DNA of 58,643 nucleotides, counting the filler, from Sphacelaria rigidula (Eukaryota), in the NCBI GenBank assembly GCA_964200075.2. It is 8 parts of 8 records of this genome, joined end to end, with 100 filler letters (N's around TTAATTAATTAA, not from the genome) between each part and the next. Parts side by side here need not be neighbours in the genome. Positions count along the whole stretch, not along the records: positions 36,716 to 43,958 come from CAXNAA020015796.1; positions 44,059 to 51,301 come from CAXNAA020015797.1; 6 more parts are not named here. One strand, given 5' to 3'. The notes beneath the pieces are model-generated. The model saw only the letters and a program-made list of their open reading frames with translations. It ran no database searches and had not been told where the DNA came from. Below are positions 36,716 through 50,089 of the stretch, in pieces (the stretch's first letter is position 1; the number at the start of each line of letters is the position of its first letter). A program made the translations under genes and the position numbers.

Positions 36716-37351
36716 CGCAACGACGTAGTCAGTCCATTGCAACAAAAGATCCCCCCTTTCAGGAAAAACCGATTAGTGCCTGAAACAGTTTCAGTTCTGA
36801 AATGCCCCCCCAGGCGTAAAAATGCGTTGTGCGGTATCTCACCAACCACACCGCCGAATTCCTCGAGTGGAGTACTGTACGGTAGCTGCATGCACAGAAA
36901 GTGTGCTCAAGCCAAAAAAACAAAAAGTGGCCTGTAAGGAACGCTAGAGCATCCACTCCAAATCCGATAGTACGCTCTGAATCTCACAAATATGTTGTTA
37001 AAAGTATCTTCAAGATCGTGGAAAACTTCACCCAGGAAGCCGAACCACAAAGGCCTGTTCATGGCGGGGTATTTGTTTGCTGTGATTTTCTGTGCGTCCT
37101 CGTTGATTTGAGAGCACGAAGACAGCGGTTATGCAGACAATGTCACGAAAACACGAGAGCAAAGCGGTTGAAAACAATTGCGCATTGCCTCGGTCTCGGT
37201 CTTAGACAGCAGCAAACACAGGTCGCATGATGTGATTGGGAAAGTGGTTTTGGGAACTCAGCAGTCCCTGTAATCGTTCTACCTAGAACAAGACCCAGGG
37301 GTCCTGTCCATAGGAAACTTTGAACCACGAGGAAAGGTCCTCGGGTGCCCG

Positions 37352-37563
37352 CTAGACTGCTGTAGGAGATTATGTTGAACTGCCTGTCTACCTTGGGAGC
37401 CACGATGCTATGTTCACGCTCCAAGCCCAAAACCAACGCACTCGATGCCATCAATCGGGTGTCGACTAGACTGCTCTAGGAGATTTGTTGAACTCTGTGT
37501 ACCTTGGGAACCACAGAGCTATGTTTACCCCCAAGCTCAAAGCCGACGCACACAATGCAATCA
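37352..37563. repeat. Tandem duplication (~115-bp period); a second direct repeat links ~37005-37067 with ~37979-38038
   Basis: TAGACTGCT.TAGGAGATT..GTTGAACT..TACCTTGGGA occurs twice; TCAAGATCG..GAACCACAAA..CTGTTCATGGCGG occurs twice. Confidence 0.8.
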
Positions 37564-40516
37564 TGCTCACACAATGTGAGCTTGACCGTACGCACCACAC
37601 TACAAACTGTAAACAGGTGACCTAGATAGAGTCCTGCATGCAGGGCTACACCATTTGTAGATGGATTAGTGTTGGTCTGGTGTGTATATATATTTTCGAC
37701 TTGCGTCACCCCCGCGAGGCCCGTACGAACCTCCCGGAGGGGAACCTTGTATATGGGTACATGTATCATTTCACAATTTTCACCAAGTTTGCCGAGTTTT
37801 CTCCAGCGGCAAATCATCTTATACCGCGCTTTGTTTTGCACTGCACAAAGAAGGTGCAGCGGTACATTACCTGTGAGGTTTAGGTGTCATGTGATACCGG
37901 TGGCGCGTGTTCTGGGCATCGAAAGTCGCCCACACTAGCTCTATTTTGCGGGGTGTCGACCTCGAACCACAAAAGCCTCCTCAAGATCGAGCAAAACTTG
38001 AAAAAGGAACCAGAACCACAAAAGTCTGTTCATGGCGGTGTGGCAGTATGCGCAAATACCGCAAGCAGTAAAACGGTATACGCCGAACGCAAGCAGGCCA
38101 CACCCTTGTGAGATGTCGGTATGCGATCTTGGATTGACTTGCTTGACTCAAACTGCCGTTTAAATCTCTCAATACAATAGCCCAGCTGTCAAAGGGGAAA
38201 ACCACATAGCCCCGGAGTCAGAATACAAAATAAATCGTGGATGAGGGTAGAAGTACAGCACAATAAGAGACTCACGTCAACTGCTGTGGCTTGCGACCGT
38301 GGGGGCAGAGAGACCGAAGGTGGTAGGTGATGGTTCAAAAGCTCTTCTTTATCCAATAGGTGCTTGGAAGCCGGTCGGTGCGTCGAGTAAACCGGTGGGT
38401 AGACAGACTGCTGCCGAGATAGCCCCCCCCCCAAAACCGGCCAAAAAAGTGCACGGAGGCGATGATCACAACTGCCGTTAAAGCTGGTTTCGTGCTGCAC
38501 GACGCGACTGATTTGGGCGTTATAGCTGATTTCGGACTGCTACACGCCTCTGATGTGGGCGAAGTTGCTGCAAACGCTGTAGTAGCAGCAGGTACACGCG
38601 GCTAATCGGGTGCAATCTATTTACCTTCAACCAGCTGCGTCAACAATAAAAACAGTCAAAATCCTGCCTTATCACAACACACATTCGACTAGAACCTTTC
38701 CATACCCATCGGTTGTTTCTGGGGATCCGCAAATTCTAAACTACTTTTAATCCAGACACAGTCATTTACCATCATATTAGCCCACCCTGGATCGTTCAAG
38801 TGCAGTCACTTTTCAGAAGGGACGAACTTGCATCGAGCCACACCTCTCCCACACCACAGAAAACAGAGACTCGATTTGAAGATCGACTCCTCTTTGGTAC
38901 GGGGAACGGGAAGGGGTGATCAACACAAAAAAACAAGAAAATACAAACACAAGCACAAAGCAAAGAGGAAACAAATCGAACCGATACAATGATTCGGTGT
39001 CCACATGTTCCGTGAGTTCTTTAGACGGGGTTATGGGAAATAAAAAATAAAAAAATGAAAAAATAAGACCCAAAATCAACAATCAGACCATATACCATAA
39101 AGTTCAGTGTCACCAGAATGTCGTAAGCATTTCCGTGATAGACACAGGAAATCAGAGACCAATCATTGAAACGATTATCCTACCCTGCCATAACTATATC
39201 ATGAATATATAGTTCGCTCTTTTCCGAATGTCCGATTTGTTTTAGGTCATTGGTAGAAAAACAAGCAAGCCCGCCAAGGCATTATATCACTTCGATAACC
39301 AAGTTCATGCTAATCACTCGTCTCAGTCAATCAGCAAAAGCAAACAACGTACAGCCAAGTTCGTCGCGGAAATGGTAGTTTTCCGCGAAAACCATACGTT
39401 GATGAAAAAATAAATAAATAGAATGATACGGACAAATCAGCCCGTTTGACGTGAGTTAATTGTAGGTACATGTTTGTGAGAACAACGACTTGCTTGGGAC
39501 GCCTAGTTGATGATCCAGTCGTACAGCATTTGTTTTTTTTTCCTCACACGACGATACAAAAACAGCCGACCGGTTTGTGAGGTCAGGTGCTCGTACACGT
39601 CAAAAGAAACGTGGTGGACAATACACAACCTTCGGGCCTACTACGTAGTTCCGAGGCGGATCGCCCAACACGTTCCTGAACCACGACAAATACCCAGGAC
39701 AGAGAGGACCAACGCAGCCCACTCCTCACAGTATTTGCCAGTTCGGACTAAAACGAGACTGGCCCGAACACAAACTGGAGTAAAACCCATAGCCGATCGT
39801 ACCGTCACGTTACTTCGTCCAATAATCCCTGATAAGAACAAAACACCACCGACCAATTTCAGGGGCGGGTAATCGTACGCAAAAACTGATAAAAGTGACA
39901 GAAAAAGTAGCGAGTGGCGGACTCTGAGCCTGTAGGCTGTACCAACGGTCGAGTATCGACATGCGAAACGGACAGATCCGAAAGAGCGATCTACCTCATC
40001 ATGATACCTGATGGTCCTGTATGAGGAGATGATCCTGTATGAGGAGACGTTTACAACCGATCTCACCGCGACTTCAATAAGATTCTTCAACACCGCTATG
40101 TACGACGCGGCCAGTGGTGGCCTCGTTGTTACTTATCAATCACCAAAGTATAAATCATCGCGTCGCATTACCCGTGACCCTCCTAAAAACCCAAGGTCGG
40201 TCATATGCGGCAGGACTCGCAAAAAAAAGTAGGCCGAGTGTTCTAGACTCGAGGGTCAGGAACGTTGGAACACTCGTGGCGGAATTCCCGACATAGACGC
40301 AGAAACCAAAACCAAAATAAATACGAAACCAGGGGCACGCTGGGCAACAGCGAAAACGAAAATTCACAACACGAGGCAGAAAAACAACACGTAGCAACCG
40401 TCCTTGTAAACGGGAGCAGTTATCGTGTGTATGAAGCAAGCAGGGTCAAAAGGTTCAGCCAAGGTCAAAACATTTCAGGCAAACCCATGTTAATATAAAA
40501 CTCAACGTGGTACGCA

Positions 40517-40795
40517 CGCAAAAAGGGGACACGTCATTACCGGTCCTGCAGGGGGAGGCGGTATGCGTGTACGGAGCGGTTGGGCAAGAGCACAATTATT
40601 CCAGACGGGGAGGTCAGGTATATGCAGCACTCGCTCCTAAACCTCTCAACCGAAAAGACAAATTAAGAAATACCGACAACATATGACACAAAAGAAGGCA
40701 CGTCATGACCGGTCCCGAAGAGGGAGGCGGCATTCGCGTGCGGAGCGATTGAACAAGAGCGCAAATATTCCAGACGTGGGCGTCAGGTATGGCTA
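40517..40795. repeat. Direct repeat pair (~108 bp) in the 3' noncoding region of the gypsy element
   Basis: CACGTCAT.ACCGGTCC..GGGAGGCGG..CAAGAGC..TATTCCAGACG..GTCAGGTAT at 40517-40625 and 40687-40795. Confidence 0.8.
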
Positions 40796-41438
40796 GTGCT
40801 TGCTCCGGGAACTCTTCCATCAAAACAAACACATCAAAATAAAGACCATGTAATGACAAAGTAAGACAAGATGTGTGTACAACGAAAAAAGTGAAGATAT
40901 GAATAACTCGTGGCAACTGTTCTGGTGGACGGAATGGTTGTGAATGTACGGCGCGGAGGACGGAGGTTCAAGACTCCAGACTCGGGGTCAGGAATGGAAC
41001 GGTCGTCACTTGTACTTCGCCAGATGAACCCAGAAGTACCCAAGAAAGGTACCCATTGAACACAAAAAATCGAACACAAAGCCCGAGGCGAAAAGAGAGG
41101 AAAAGAAGAGAAAAAATGAAAAAATAAAAAAATAAAAAACTTGGCGCAAAGGCAAGGAAAATCCAAGCACAAAATCAGGGCCAAAGCAACAAAAAACAAA
41201 ACACAAAACAAAACAAGATACAAAATACAAAATATATAAACAAAAGACCAAATACCAAATACCAAATACAAAACACGACATCAACCACTACAAGTACGGG
41301 GCTAACCAGTACGAAAACAATGAGGGGGGGGAGGGGGGGGGGAACACGTGGTTTTCCAACGACGCTACAATGCAAGACAAGCGACTCGAACGCGGTACAC
41401 TACGCAAGGTGAACGGGGAAGCAGACTCGGATGCGGCA

Positions 41439-43958
41439 TCATGAGCCATCTGCATCCCAAGTGGTGTCCGTGTTCCGTAGAACGGCTGTTTCGAGTTCGC
41501 CTTGGTCGTGTCGTTGGAGGCACCAGGATCCCCTCCGAGCGGTCGGCTCCTCGGTGTAGTACGCATCATCCGAACGAATCTTCAGGGGGCTCGGGTCATC
41601 AAGGAAACGGATAAAGTAGGGGTGGTCAGATGCAGGATCGACCAAATGAATTTTTCCCCACCACCACAGTGAATCCAAGGCCTTATACCAAAAATACGCC
41701 CCTTTCGGCAATCGTTTTCCGTGAAAACACTGCATGTATTGTGAACGCGAAAGAAGGCTATATCCTGTCACAACAAACAGCGTTGAGTGTTCACGTGCCA
41801 GTTCTCGAGCGGCAGCTCCCTTGCGTATCGACCGATGCCTCTTATTCAACGGGCGGTGTCGGACGGTATCTCCTACCCAGTACAGTAACATTTCCCGACG
41901 AAAATGACGCAAATCAACCTCACGCTCCCATGTAACACGCATGATACCCTTCCAATGTGTTTGATACATTACCGCTATCTTACCTCCACGACCACGAACC
42001 AGATGATGACCCGAAATCCTATCCACCTCAACGCGTTCCAGGGATGCGTCCGCATCCTCGATCGTCATATGATACGGCGGAGTTTTGATCGCATACTTGG
42101 TCAACACATACTGGCTAAGCCCTACCGGCAGTTGTTTGGGCATGTCAGAGGAGTCATGAGGGGGGATGCACGGTTTGCATCGTAGCATCGAGACGTGATT
42201 TTTCGGCTTCGAACCAGGTTCATCCGTGGGAAAATCTAAATACAAAAGTTTTCACCGGGCTCTTGTTGGGTGCCGTAGCGCTTGGACCAACAGCTAAAAT
42301 TTCCCAAGGACCAGTTCAATTCAAGGATAGCTTCGCCTTCAACACTTTATCCAAAGATGATGATTTCGAGCTAGCCCTTGATTGATGGTCTTCAAATCGT
42401 TATACACCCATGCCCATTGGCCTACCTTCCACACCGGGCGGTTATGCACCACATCATCCAACATCGAGTACGCCCTGGCCATCGTGGCCAAATTGATTTG
42501 GTTCTGTTCTCGATCCACTTTATATGCAAGACGAAGACGATTGCTAAAGGACAAATGATACTCTGCAACATCACGATCCAGACTCTGATGTCCACCCGTA
42601 TTTTTGCGTTCGAATACCGTTAAAGGTAACCGAGGCATGCGTCCAATATGAATTTCATTCGGCGACAATCCCGTAGCGGCATTGACTAAATTGTTGTAGT
42701 TCATCTGGACAAGGGGCAGGTGCCGATCCCAGTCCATTTGTCTCCCATTCGCTATAGCAGCAAGCATCTGTGCCATCGTATGGTTCACTGGTTCCGTTCC
42801 ACCATTGGTGGAAGGGTGATATGAACTAGTAAAAATGCGATGGGCACCCAAAAGATCACTGACGGCGGCAGAAAGTTTGCCTGAAAAATGCGGGCCGTTG
42901 TCAAATAATAAGCGTTTGGACACACCCCACAGTGGGATGTACTTGTAGACAAGAATGTTGGCGGTACCTTTCGCGGTATAACTACTGGGGGACGGCGTGC
43001 ATCACCGCATGTCGCATAAATCTATCCGTAAACAACAAAATATACTTATTTCCACTCTCCGTCAGGGGCAAAGGACCAAAATAGTCCCACGACACTACTT
43101 CACCAGGCCCGTTTGGGAGTGGCATGGAAACAATCGGCCAACGAACTGTTTGACAAGAAAATTTTCGCGCCTGACACAAAAGACAACGCCTCACCCACCA
43201 TCGACAACACTGATCTATACAAATCCACCAATAAAAACGTTCCAACATCTGGGAGGTCCTAATGGCGCCTAAATGAGTCGATGCCTGTGAACGACATTCG
43301 TGTAGAACCCATGGGCGCAGTAGCATCGGGACACAGATGCGGACGGGTTCATCACCTAGCAAGTAGGCATGTCGACTTGTAGGCTTCCCCCTGGGGAAGG
43401 CTGCTGTTGACCGGCGAATAACAGAACTATACAATCATCATCCGTATGTAGCATACCTTTCCTTGAAAGTTCAGTAACTTCATCCTGTGTGGGCGCTTTG
43501 AGATTCCCGACTGGCAAAAGGAATTCAGTCTCTGAGAATGGACATAGACAATCTTTCGATAGATAATGGATGGCTGATTTACAAGCAGGTTCTGCCTGTT
43601 GTTCCCGGGCCCAATCGGCGTGTGAAAAAAGAGTCAAACGTTCCTTGAATACACCATCTGTTGAAGCGTCGACTTCGTGTGGAATCGGTTCGGGGCAGGG
43701 TTGGCACGAAGCGGTGATTTCGGAATCAAGGGTGAGCCTGCCAATTGGTGTACTCTTAGACGGAACGTTCAGGTCTACTCCTGCGTCGATTAGCGTGGAG
43801 GGTGTTGCGGTTATATTTGCAATATCATCACCACTGGAGAAGGGCACAGCCGTGGTTTCGGCTATGGTTGGCAGGGGCGGCACGGTCGGGGTCGATTTTC
43901 TGGGGGCCTTGCGTCGCGGAGGCTGCGGGGGCGCAAGGAAACTATCGGGGACCGGGGT
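41439..43958 (-). mobile_element. Second Ty3/gypsy element: frameshifted integrase with chromodomain and extended C-terminus (5' part off contig)
   Basis: CVPMLLRPWVLHEC..HLG..RFYWW..CLLCQARK; WDYFGPLP..GNKYILLFTDRF; LLFDNGPHF; SSYHPSTNGGTE; GPWEI; chromodomain VDRISGHH..MYQTHWKG..TWEREVDL. Confidence 0.93.
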
Positions 43959-44058
43959 NNNNNNNNNNNNNNNNNNNNNNNNNNNNNNNNNNNNNNNNNN
44001 NNTTAATTAATTAANNNNNNNNNNNNNNNNNNNNNNNNNNNNNNNNNNNNNNNNNNNN
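43959..44058. other. Artificial contig linker
   Basis: N44-TTAATTAATTAA-N44. Confidence 0.99.
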
Positions 44059-44718
44059 ATACAAGCGCATTGCGGGTGGGGCAGGTCATTCGACCCCCTT
44101 ATTACCCTTTTTTTTGCCATCCAATACCCCCCCCCCCCCTATCGTAGGATGACTCTTAACCCTTTTGGGACCGGGCCTCCAGAACGACCGATGAGGCCGG
44201 CCAGGAATGGCGTGTCTGGCGTCTGCACGAAACAGTGGCGTGTTGCTGAAAATCCGATATCAGGGCGGCCGAACATCCCCCGAGGAGATGGCCCACCTCA
44301 CGGTGAATAACTTCTTAGTCTTACCCCTCCTTGTCTACATTACACAAGGGAAAATCATCGCCAGCCTCGGGGTTCCTTGGGCAGCAGAACGACATCTTCA
44401 TCGACAATCTTAACCGTGGGTCTCTGTCTATCCTCGCGATACGCCTTCCTCATACAAAACGGTGTTCGCGTATCGTATGCAGCACCTCGCGTGGCTGGCT
44501 CAACGCACACACACACGCCATACCTTGTCGACTGATTTGATCATCGCACATTGTTATAAGTCATCCGATAAGCTTCCAGCCGCGATCACAAGTGAAACGT
44601 ATCCGCTCAAGGTCACTACACGGAAACACATCTCGCTCGAACCACACTCGAGAGCGGGGACATATGACACATACATACACGTAAATATGATCATCTACCA
44701 TACTATCTGTATACATAC

Positions 44719-44949
44719 CTTGGCCATATACTCTTTCACTGCCCCCTTCACGTAATTCGCCCACTCCGGATCTCCTGGGCTGAGCGACGCGTCCGCGCGA
44801 AACGTGACGTCTCCTACTTCTTCCTCACCCTTCACCACGCTCTCCGACACCACCCTGCACACACCAGCTCCGAGGCCCTGCTCCTTGCTACCATCTCCAG
44901 AAATGCTGGCATCTACATCACCGCTCATTGGGGACGGAGCGGTGTCCAC
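44719..44949 (-). CDS. GALK: Galactokinase, last exon seen (gene continues off contig)
   Basis: AG|VDTAP...CRVVSE..LSPGDPEWANYVKGAVKEYMAK|GTATGT; WANYVKG motif; phase 0/0. Confidence 0.88.
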
Positions 44950-46739
44950 CTTGAGGAGGAGAAGTGGGTAGATGAGGGGGGGGGGGGGGGGGGGGGGGGG
45001 GTTTTGTTTTTCCGGCGTTTACAAAAGATTGTTGTTCCCCCCCCCNNNNNNNNNNGGCGGGGGGGGGGGGGGGGGGGGGGGGGGGGTGGGGGGGGGGGGG
45101 GGGGCGGTGCTCATGATCTTGCATGCCGTATTCACAATACGTTTGACCTCGCATCCCTACACAACCGGGACGGAGCGCGCCGGGTTCTTGCCGGACCAGG
45201 CTCGCAGTCAATCACCAAGCTCGAAGCGACGTGATTTATTCGGCGAGTCGCATGAAGGGTCAGGTGCATGCTGCTAAGATTGTTCGGCCCGAAGCGTACT
45301 GATTATCATGCATTTGGATGACAGCCTACAATGCGTTCCTTCATTTTCTTGTATCGTCACGTCCAGAGACAGTCACGAGTTCCAACACTGCCTCATGGAT
45401 GTCTCACCACGGGGAGAGGGGGGGGGGGATGGGCGTACCCATTTGTTGCTTGCATTAGTCGCTTGACCGTTGACCCTCTCATCTCTTTCGAGACGGAGCA
45501 CCGTTTCTACTCCTAATTGAGACACCTCCAACATTTGGGCGCTCATCACGTTTCTTCCATAAAATACACAAAAACCTGTTACATGAGGGGGGGGCGGGCG
45601 GGGGCGGATTAGCCGAAGCGAATGAAAATAGAGATCTGTAACGTTTGCTCGACATGATAACTGCCTGTACAAATATCATTTAGATTACTGCGATCGTAGG
45701 CAGAGACCAAGCTGTCATTATGAAACCACGCAATAGAGTAAACAACAGATCAGTCAGAACAGATCAGCGGCAAAAAGTAAAGACAATTCTCGTATTTTCC
45801 TCAACTAGATGCCTTCGATGAGGGAACAGTGTAAGGATACGAGCTGGCTCACGCTCATCACCCAGAAATCACTCATCCGGACATGCTCACGCCCGGTCTT
45901 GCGACTCTCTGAAGATTTGAACAAATACTTCGAGGTATACATTACAGCATATTACGAAAATGGTTGTGAATGGGGTGATCCGATATTCTGTAACTCCCGG
46001 GGACCCCCATTAGCTGGTGAAAAAAAATCAGAAGGAGTCCCAACCCACACAAAAAATCGTAATGCCTAATGCACACATGTGTGCATATTTTCAGTTTTTT
46101 ATTTTCAAGGATCGGCGTGAACGTTTACACATTTGGCGCGATAACGTTGGATTAAAAGGTGCAAAAAGACCCCTAATTACTTGATGTTGAGAAGGGAAAC
46201 GTACTTTCGGGTTATGTTCAACATGAAAGCGAGCAAAATCGCATTAGATTCTCGAGTTTTGTCACGAAACGTTTGTACAAATGATCCTTGAACTACACCG
46301 GGACACAAAAAAAAAAAAACGTTTTTCCTACTTGAACGCTTTGGAGACCGCATGCCCGCCCAGAAATCCTAAGTTTGCACGCAGGGGCCTCTCGGCGATT
46401 AGGCATCATTTTTACTCGAAAACGACTGAAAAAGGTGTCGATTCACAAAATGTTCCCTGCGTGCAAACCACATGTTTCTGGGAGTTCGGTCCCCAAAGGA
46501 CCAAGGCAGTCTGTACCCGCTTCCTGGGGTCTTCACGCCGGGATCCCCTGGAAGCCCGCCGGTGAAGAGCGGAGAAGCTTCGATTTTTTTCAAAAATATA
46601 TTCATCCATTCGGAGCACCAATATCTACCGAACTCCCAAGTTTAGGAGCGGTCATTTTTTTTTCCCCTACAATAGATACAAGGGAAACCGTCGGAAGGCT
46701 TTCTGTGCCTTCGGTCAGTTGAAATCCGAAGGCACCGAA

Positions 46740-47085
46740 ATCCCACATCACCGAAATTCCACGGTTCAGGGTATATATGATTCGATCCTATAGTAACCGT
46801 TTTTTCACATCCGTTTTTCCCGTTAGATTTCCGAGCTGATGGCGGTTACTACGATCTGAAGCATGTGCAGATTGACTAGGAATTGTGTTGGGAATTTCGA
46901 ATTTTCAAATTCTGAAAAATCGCCTTTTGCACCACCAGGCTCATGTCCTTGAAACAAAAATCCGGCCATGTCGCCCTCTTCAGCTGTCCATGGCCATCAG
47001 TGAAATATCATCTCTGGGTGATCAAGTGTTTTAAAAAGCACTTGCCAATGACACCATTTTTTGGGAGATAACCGTGAACTAGCTC
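46740..47085 (+). repeat. Dispersed repeat, copy of 23080-23450, intronic
   Basis: Colinear similarity to 23080-23450. Confidence 0.8.
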
Positions 47086-47155
47086 GGAAGTGCAAGAAGA
47101 GAAAAAAGAGAGCTGAACTACTGTAGAGCTATCTATACCTTGGTTGCTGTCTCAC

Positions 47156-47278
47156 CAGTCGGCCGGTCCCATACACAACAGTGCCACGTTCTAGAGCAAG
47201 CGGCATGACGAAGCCTCCGTTGTAGTCCGTGTGCTCTCCGATCAGATTTACGCGTCCCGGTGCGTATCCAGCAGACGC
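47156..47278 (-). CDS. GALK: Galactokinase exon with the galactose-binding signature
   Basis: [49 protein letters not shown]. Too short for the ORF track. Confidence 0.97.
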
Positions 47279-47411
47279 CTGAGCAGACCACACGATTTTA
47301 CGCCAACGAAGACATCACAATGTTTGCCATCCATGCGGAAGCTACCACTCTTTGAACACAACTTTGCACACGCCCAGCGACCATAGTACGATAATGAGTC
47401 GTGGGCCCGTA

Positions 47412-47491
47412 GTCGTCGAAATTAGTCAATTTGTCGTCGAATTAGTCGAATTGTCGTCGAATCAGTCAATTTGTCGTCGAATTAGTCACTT
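47412..47491. repeat. Tandem repeat, ~20-bp unit x4 (GTCGTCGAATTAGTCAATTT)
   Basis: Direct observation; no spacers. Confidence 0.9.
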
Positions 47492-48236
47492 CGTCATCGT
47501 CATTTTATACCCTTGGTCTTCGGAGTTGGAGTCAACTCTTAGCCGTCGCCATTTTCCAAATAAATTTGGGTGGAAATCGACTACAAGCCGCCACCCTTTT
47601 GGGAAACTTTAGCGTAGGAGTCGTCAATGACGATTAAAGAGTCATCGGGCATGTGGAACTCTGCACCACAAGGCCCCTGGTATGTAGCAAGGGCAACACA
47701 CGTTGGTAAAAAAAAAAAATAATCACTTTATGAAAAAATGGCTGTCTTGATAGATTAATACTCTTCAGAATTTCATTTAGCTCGCACAACTGCACCAGCA
47801 AGGGATTGAGTTAAGGGACCCGAGATACATACTATGACGTTTCGTGGGTCTGGTTTAATTTGCCGCCTCCGTAAGCCATGCTTCGATGTTCGTGCCCCAC
47901 CCACAGGGGCAGCATCTCCTTTTTTTTTCTTGTCCAGAACCCTCTTCGTCTCTCTCTCGGCAACCTGCCTATTTTATTTTGTCAAGAATAGGCTGAGTCA
48001 CGTGCACACATCAAAAGGCAGCAAGCATGTATACGTACGTGTCCATCCCAGCTGGACTTCTTGTTTCGTGTCTTGCAAGTTATTTTTCACGTCAACAACA
48101 ATTAGTAAAAAAATGTTTGCATTTTTCCATGATGGTTTTAGATAGCTTCAAAGATTTTATTCAGTGGGTGGCGAGGGGTCCACTTCTTCATCACTAAGGG
48201 CACTTCTTGTGTGTAATACATATATATATATATATC

Positions 48237-49300
48237 GCAAACTACCTTCTTGGTCATATTCCATCGATTTGCGCCCGGAAAGAAGCTGGGGTAGATGCTG
48301 ACACCTTGGAATAGCTTGCTGTACTCGTTGAGACCGTTCCAGGGCATCTTTGGGTTTTCCCGTGGCCACAGTTTTTTCTTGGCCAAGCTTGCGTTTTCAA
48401 TGAAAAATGGTCAACTCATCACAAAACAGGCGGGGAACTGCCAGTTATTTTGTTGTAACTTGACCGTTTGTTATTGAAAACGCAAATCTGGCCAAAAATA
48501 AAACTGCGGCCACTGGAGAACGTAAAGGTGCCGTGGAACGGTCTCAACAAGTACAGCAAGTCACTTCAAGGTATCAACACCCGCCTAGCCCTCTTTTCGG
48601 GTGCAATACAACGGAGAAGGGCCAAAAATAGTTTGCAACAACATTACAAGTTGTCTAAGGCCGCTCCTTTCAATAGACAAAAAAAAAATCTGGAAAAGTG
48701 CCTTTTTGAAGCTTTCACATCAATTTACGCCCCAAAAGAGAGCTAGGCGGAGTTTGACACCTTGGAATGACTTGCTCTACTAGTCGAGGCGGTTCCAGGA
48801 CATGCTCCCGTTTTCCGGTGGCCGCAATTTTCATTTTGGCCAAACAAGAATTTTTGTCCAAGAACGGTAAAAACAGTCAAACAAAACGTTTCTCTGAACT
48901 TGACCGTTTTTTACCGTTCTTGGACAAATATGATTGTTTGGCCAAAATGAAAATTGCGGCCACCGAAAAACGGGAACATGTCCTGGAACCACCTCAACTA
49001 GTAGAGCACGCCAATCCAAGGTGTCAAACTCCGCCTAGCTCTCTTTTGGGGCGTAACACCACGTAAAAGCTAAAGAAAGGCAGTTTTCCAGATTTTTTCT
49101 TGACTGTTATAAGGAGCGGCCTAAGGCCGCCGCTCCTCATGGGGAATAAAAATGAAAATATTGCAAACTGTCTTTTTGAGGCTTCTGCATTGTTTTACGC
49201 CCGTAAGAGAGAGCTCGGCGGATTTCGATAGCTCCAGCACACCCGTGCGTGTTTTCCGGTGGCCGCAGTTTTTCCTTGGCCACACTTGCATTTTTCTCGG
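48237..49300. repeat. Alternating-orientation array of a ~200-bp monomer forming two long palindromes (foldback-like)
   Basis: Arms ~48237-48427/48446-48636 and 48658-48880/48900-49122, with a fifth partial copy at ~49160-49300; shared core GACACCTTGGAAT..GTTCCAGG..GTGGCC.CA.TTTT..TTGGCCA. Confidence 0.88.
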
Positions 49301-49386
49301 AGACCGATCAAATCCGGAAAAACTTCCGATCTCTCTCTTTCTATATATATATACCATGAACAAATGTATAAAAACTGAAAGCGTAC

Positions 49387-49471
49387 CTCCTCTGGGATGA
49401 TGGAAGATGACCCAAACAATTCGCGATGCATCTCGCGTGCCTTCATCAGCAATTCCCCCGCCGTAAGCACC
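49387..49471 (-). CDS. GALK: Galactokinase exon (N-terminal helix)
   Basis: CAG|G VLTAGELLMKAREMHRELFGSSSIIPEE|GTAC resembles GALK1 ELLAEARRAFREEFG; the phase-0 donor matches the next exon. Confidence 0.85.
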
Positions 49472-50089
49472 CTGCTGAGTCGGTCGGAAAACGTCAATTA
49501 GTCGCCTCATATGAAAATTTCTACGATATCCCCCCCACCCCAAAAGTGCCTCGTTTGGGGAGGCAAAATCTTCAGGTAAATCGAAAAGGAAAAAAGCCGA
49601 GCGCAACGAGCAGCTGGAAATTCCCACGCTTGGGTTCGTTCTCACCAATGTCGCCCATATGAGGCGCTTTATGCAGCCTGAACCCAAACATCAGGTGCTG
49701 TATGACCATTTGTTTCGAGACACTTTTGGGCTGGTTTTTAGGGGGGGGGGGGGGGGGAGACATTTGAAGGGGAGGTTCGCCGACTCAACAACAAAAAAGC
49801 AACAACATCGCGTCTGNNNNNNNNNNGGCGTTTATGACCCCCTAAACCAAAAAATAGGTGGTGTTTTAACTTTTTTTTCCGGAACCTTTTTGGTTGGTTT
49901 TGTGGGGGGGGGGGGGGGGGGACTATCGTAGAAAGTGTTACGTTACCATTGAAAAAATAATACCAAAGCATCCTCTGATGCTCCCACAACACTTCAATAC
50001 CAAAATACACTAAACCAAAAGAGAAAAACACAAAAAACGATTCGAGACCACTTCTTGCGGGAACGAAGAGGTTATCTTGCCCAAATTAC

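Noticed and set aside
39470-40092. 3' LTR of the second gypsy element (minus strand starts TGTTGAAG at 40092)
   Set aside because: Single copy, no adjacent PPT and no definable far end, so the boundaries are unsupported.
44970-45110. Long G/C homopolymers as G-quadruplex elements or poly-Pro/Gly ORFs (also 21835-21852, 49741-49757, 51205-51300, 57157-57280)
   Set aside because: They lie next to N gaps with unreliable lengths and are intronic or intergenic simple sequence.
47412-47491. CRISPR-like short repeats (also 13094-13155 and 29119-29250)
   Set aside because: Contiguous or irregular degenerate units with no unique equal-length spacers, no cas genes, and a eukaryotic context.
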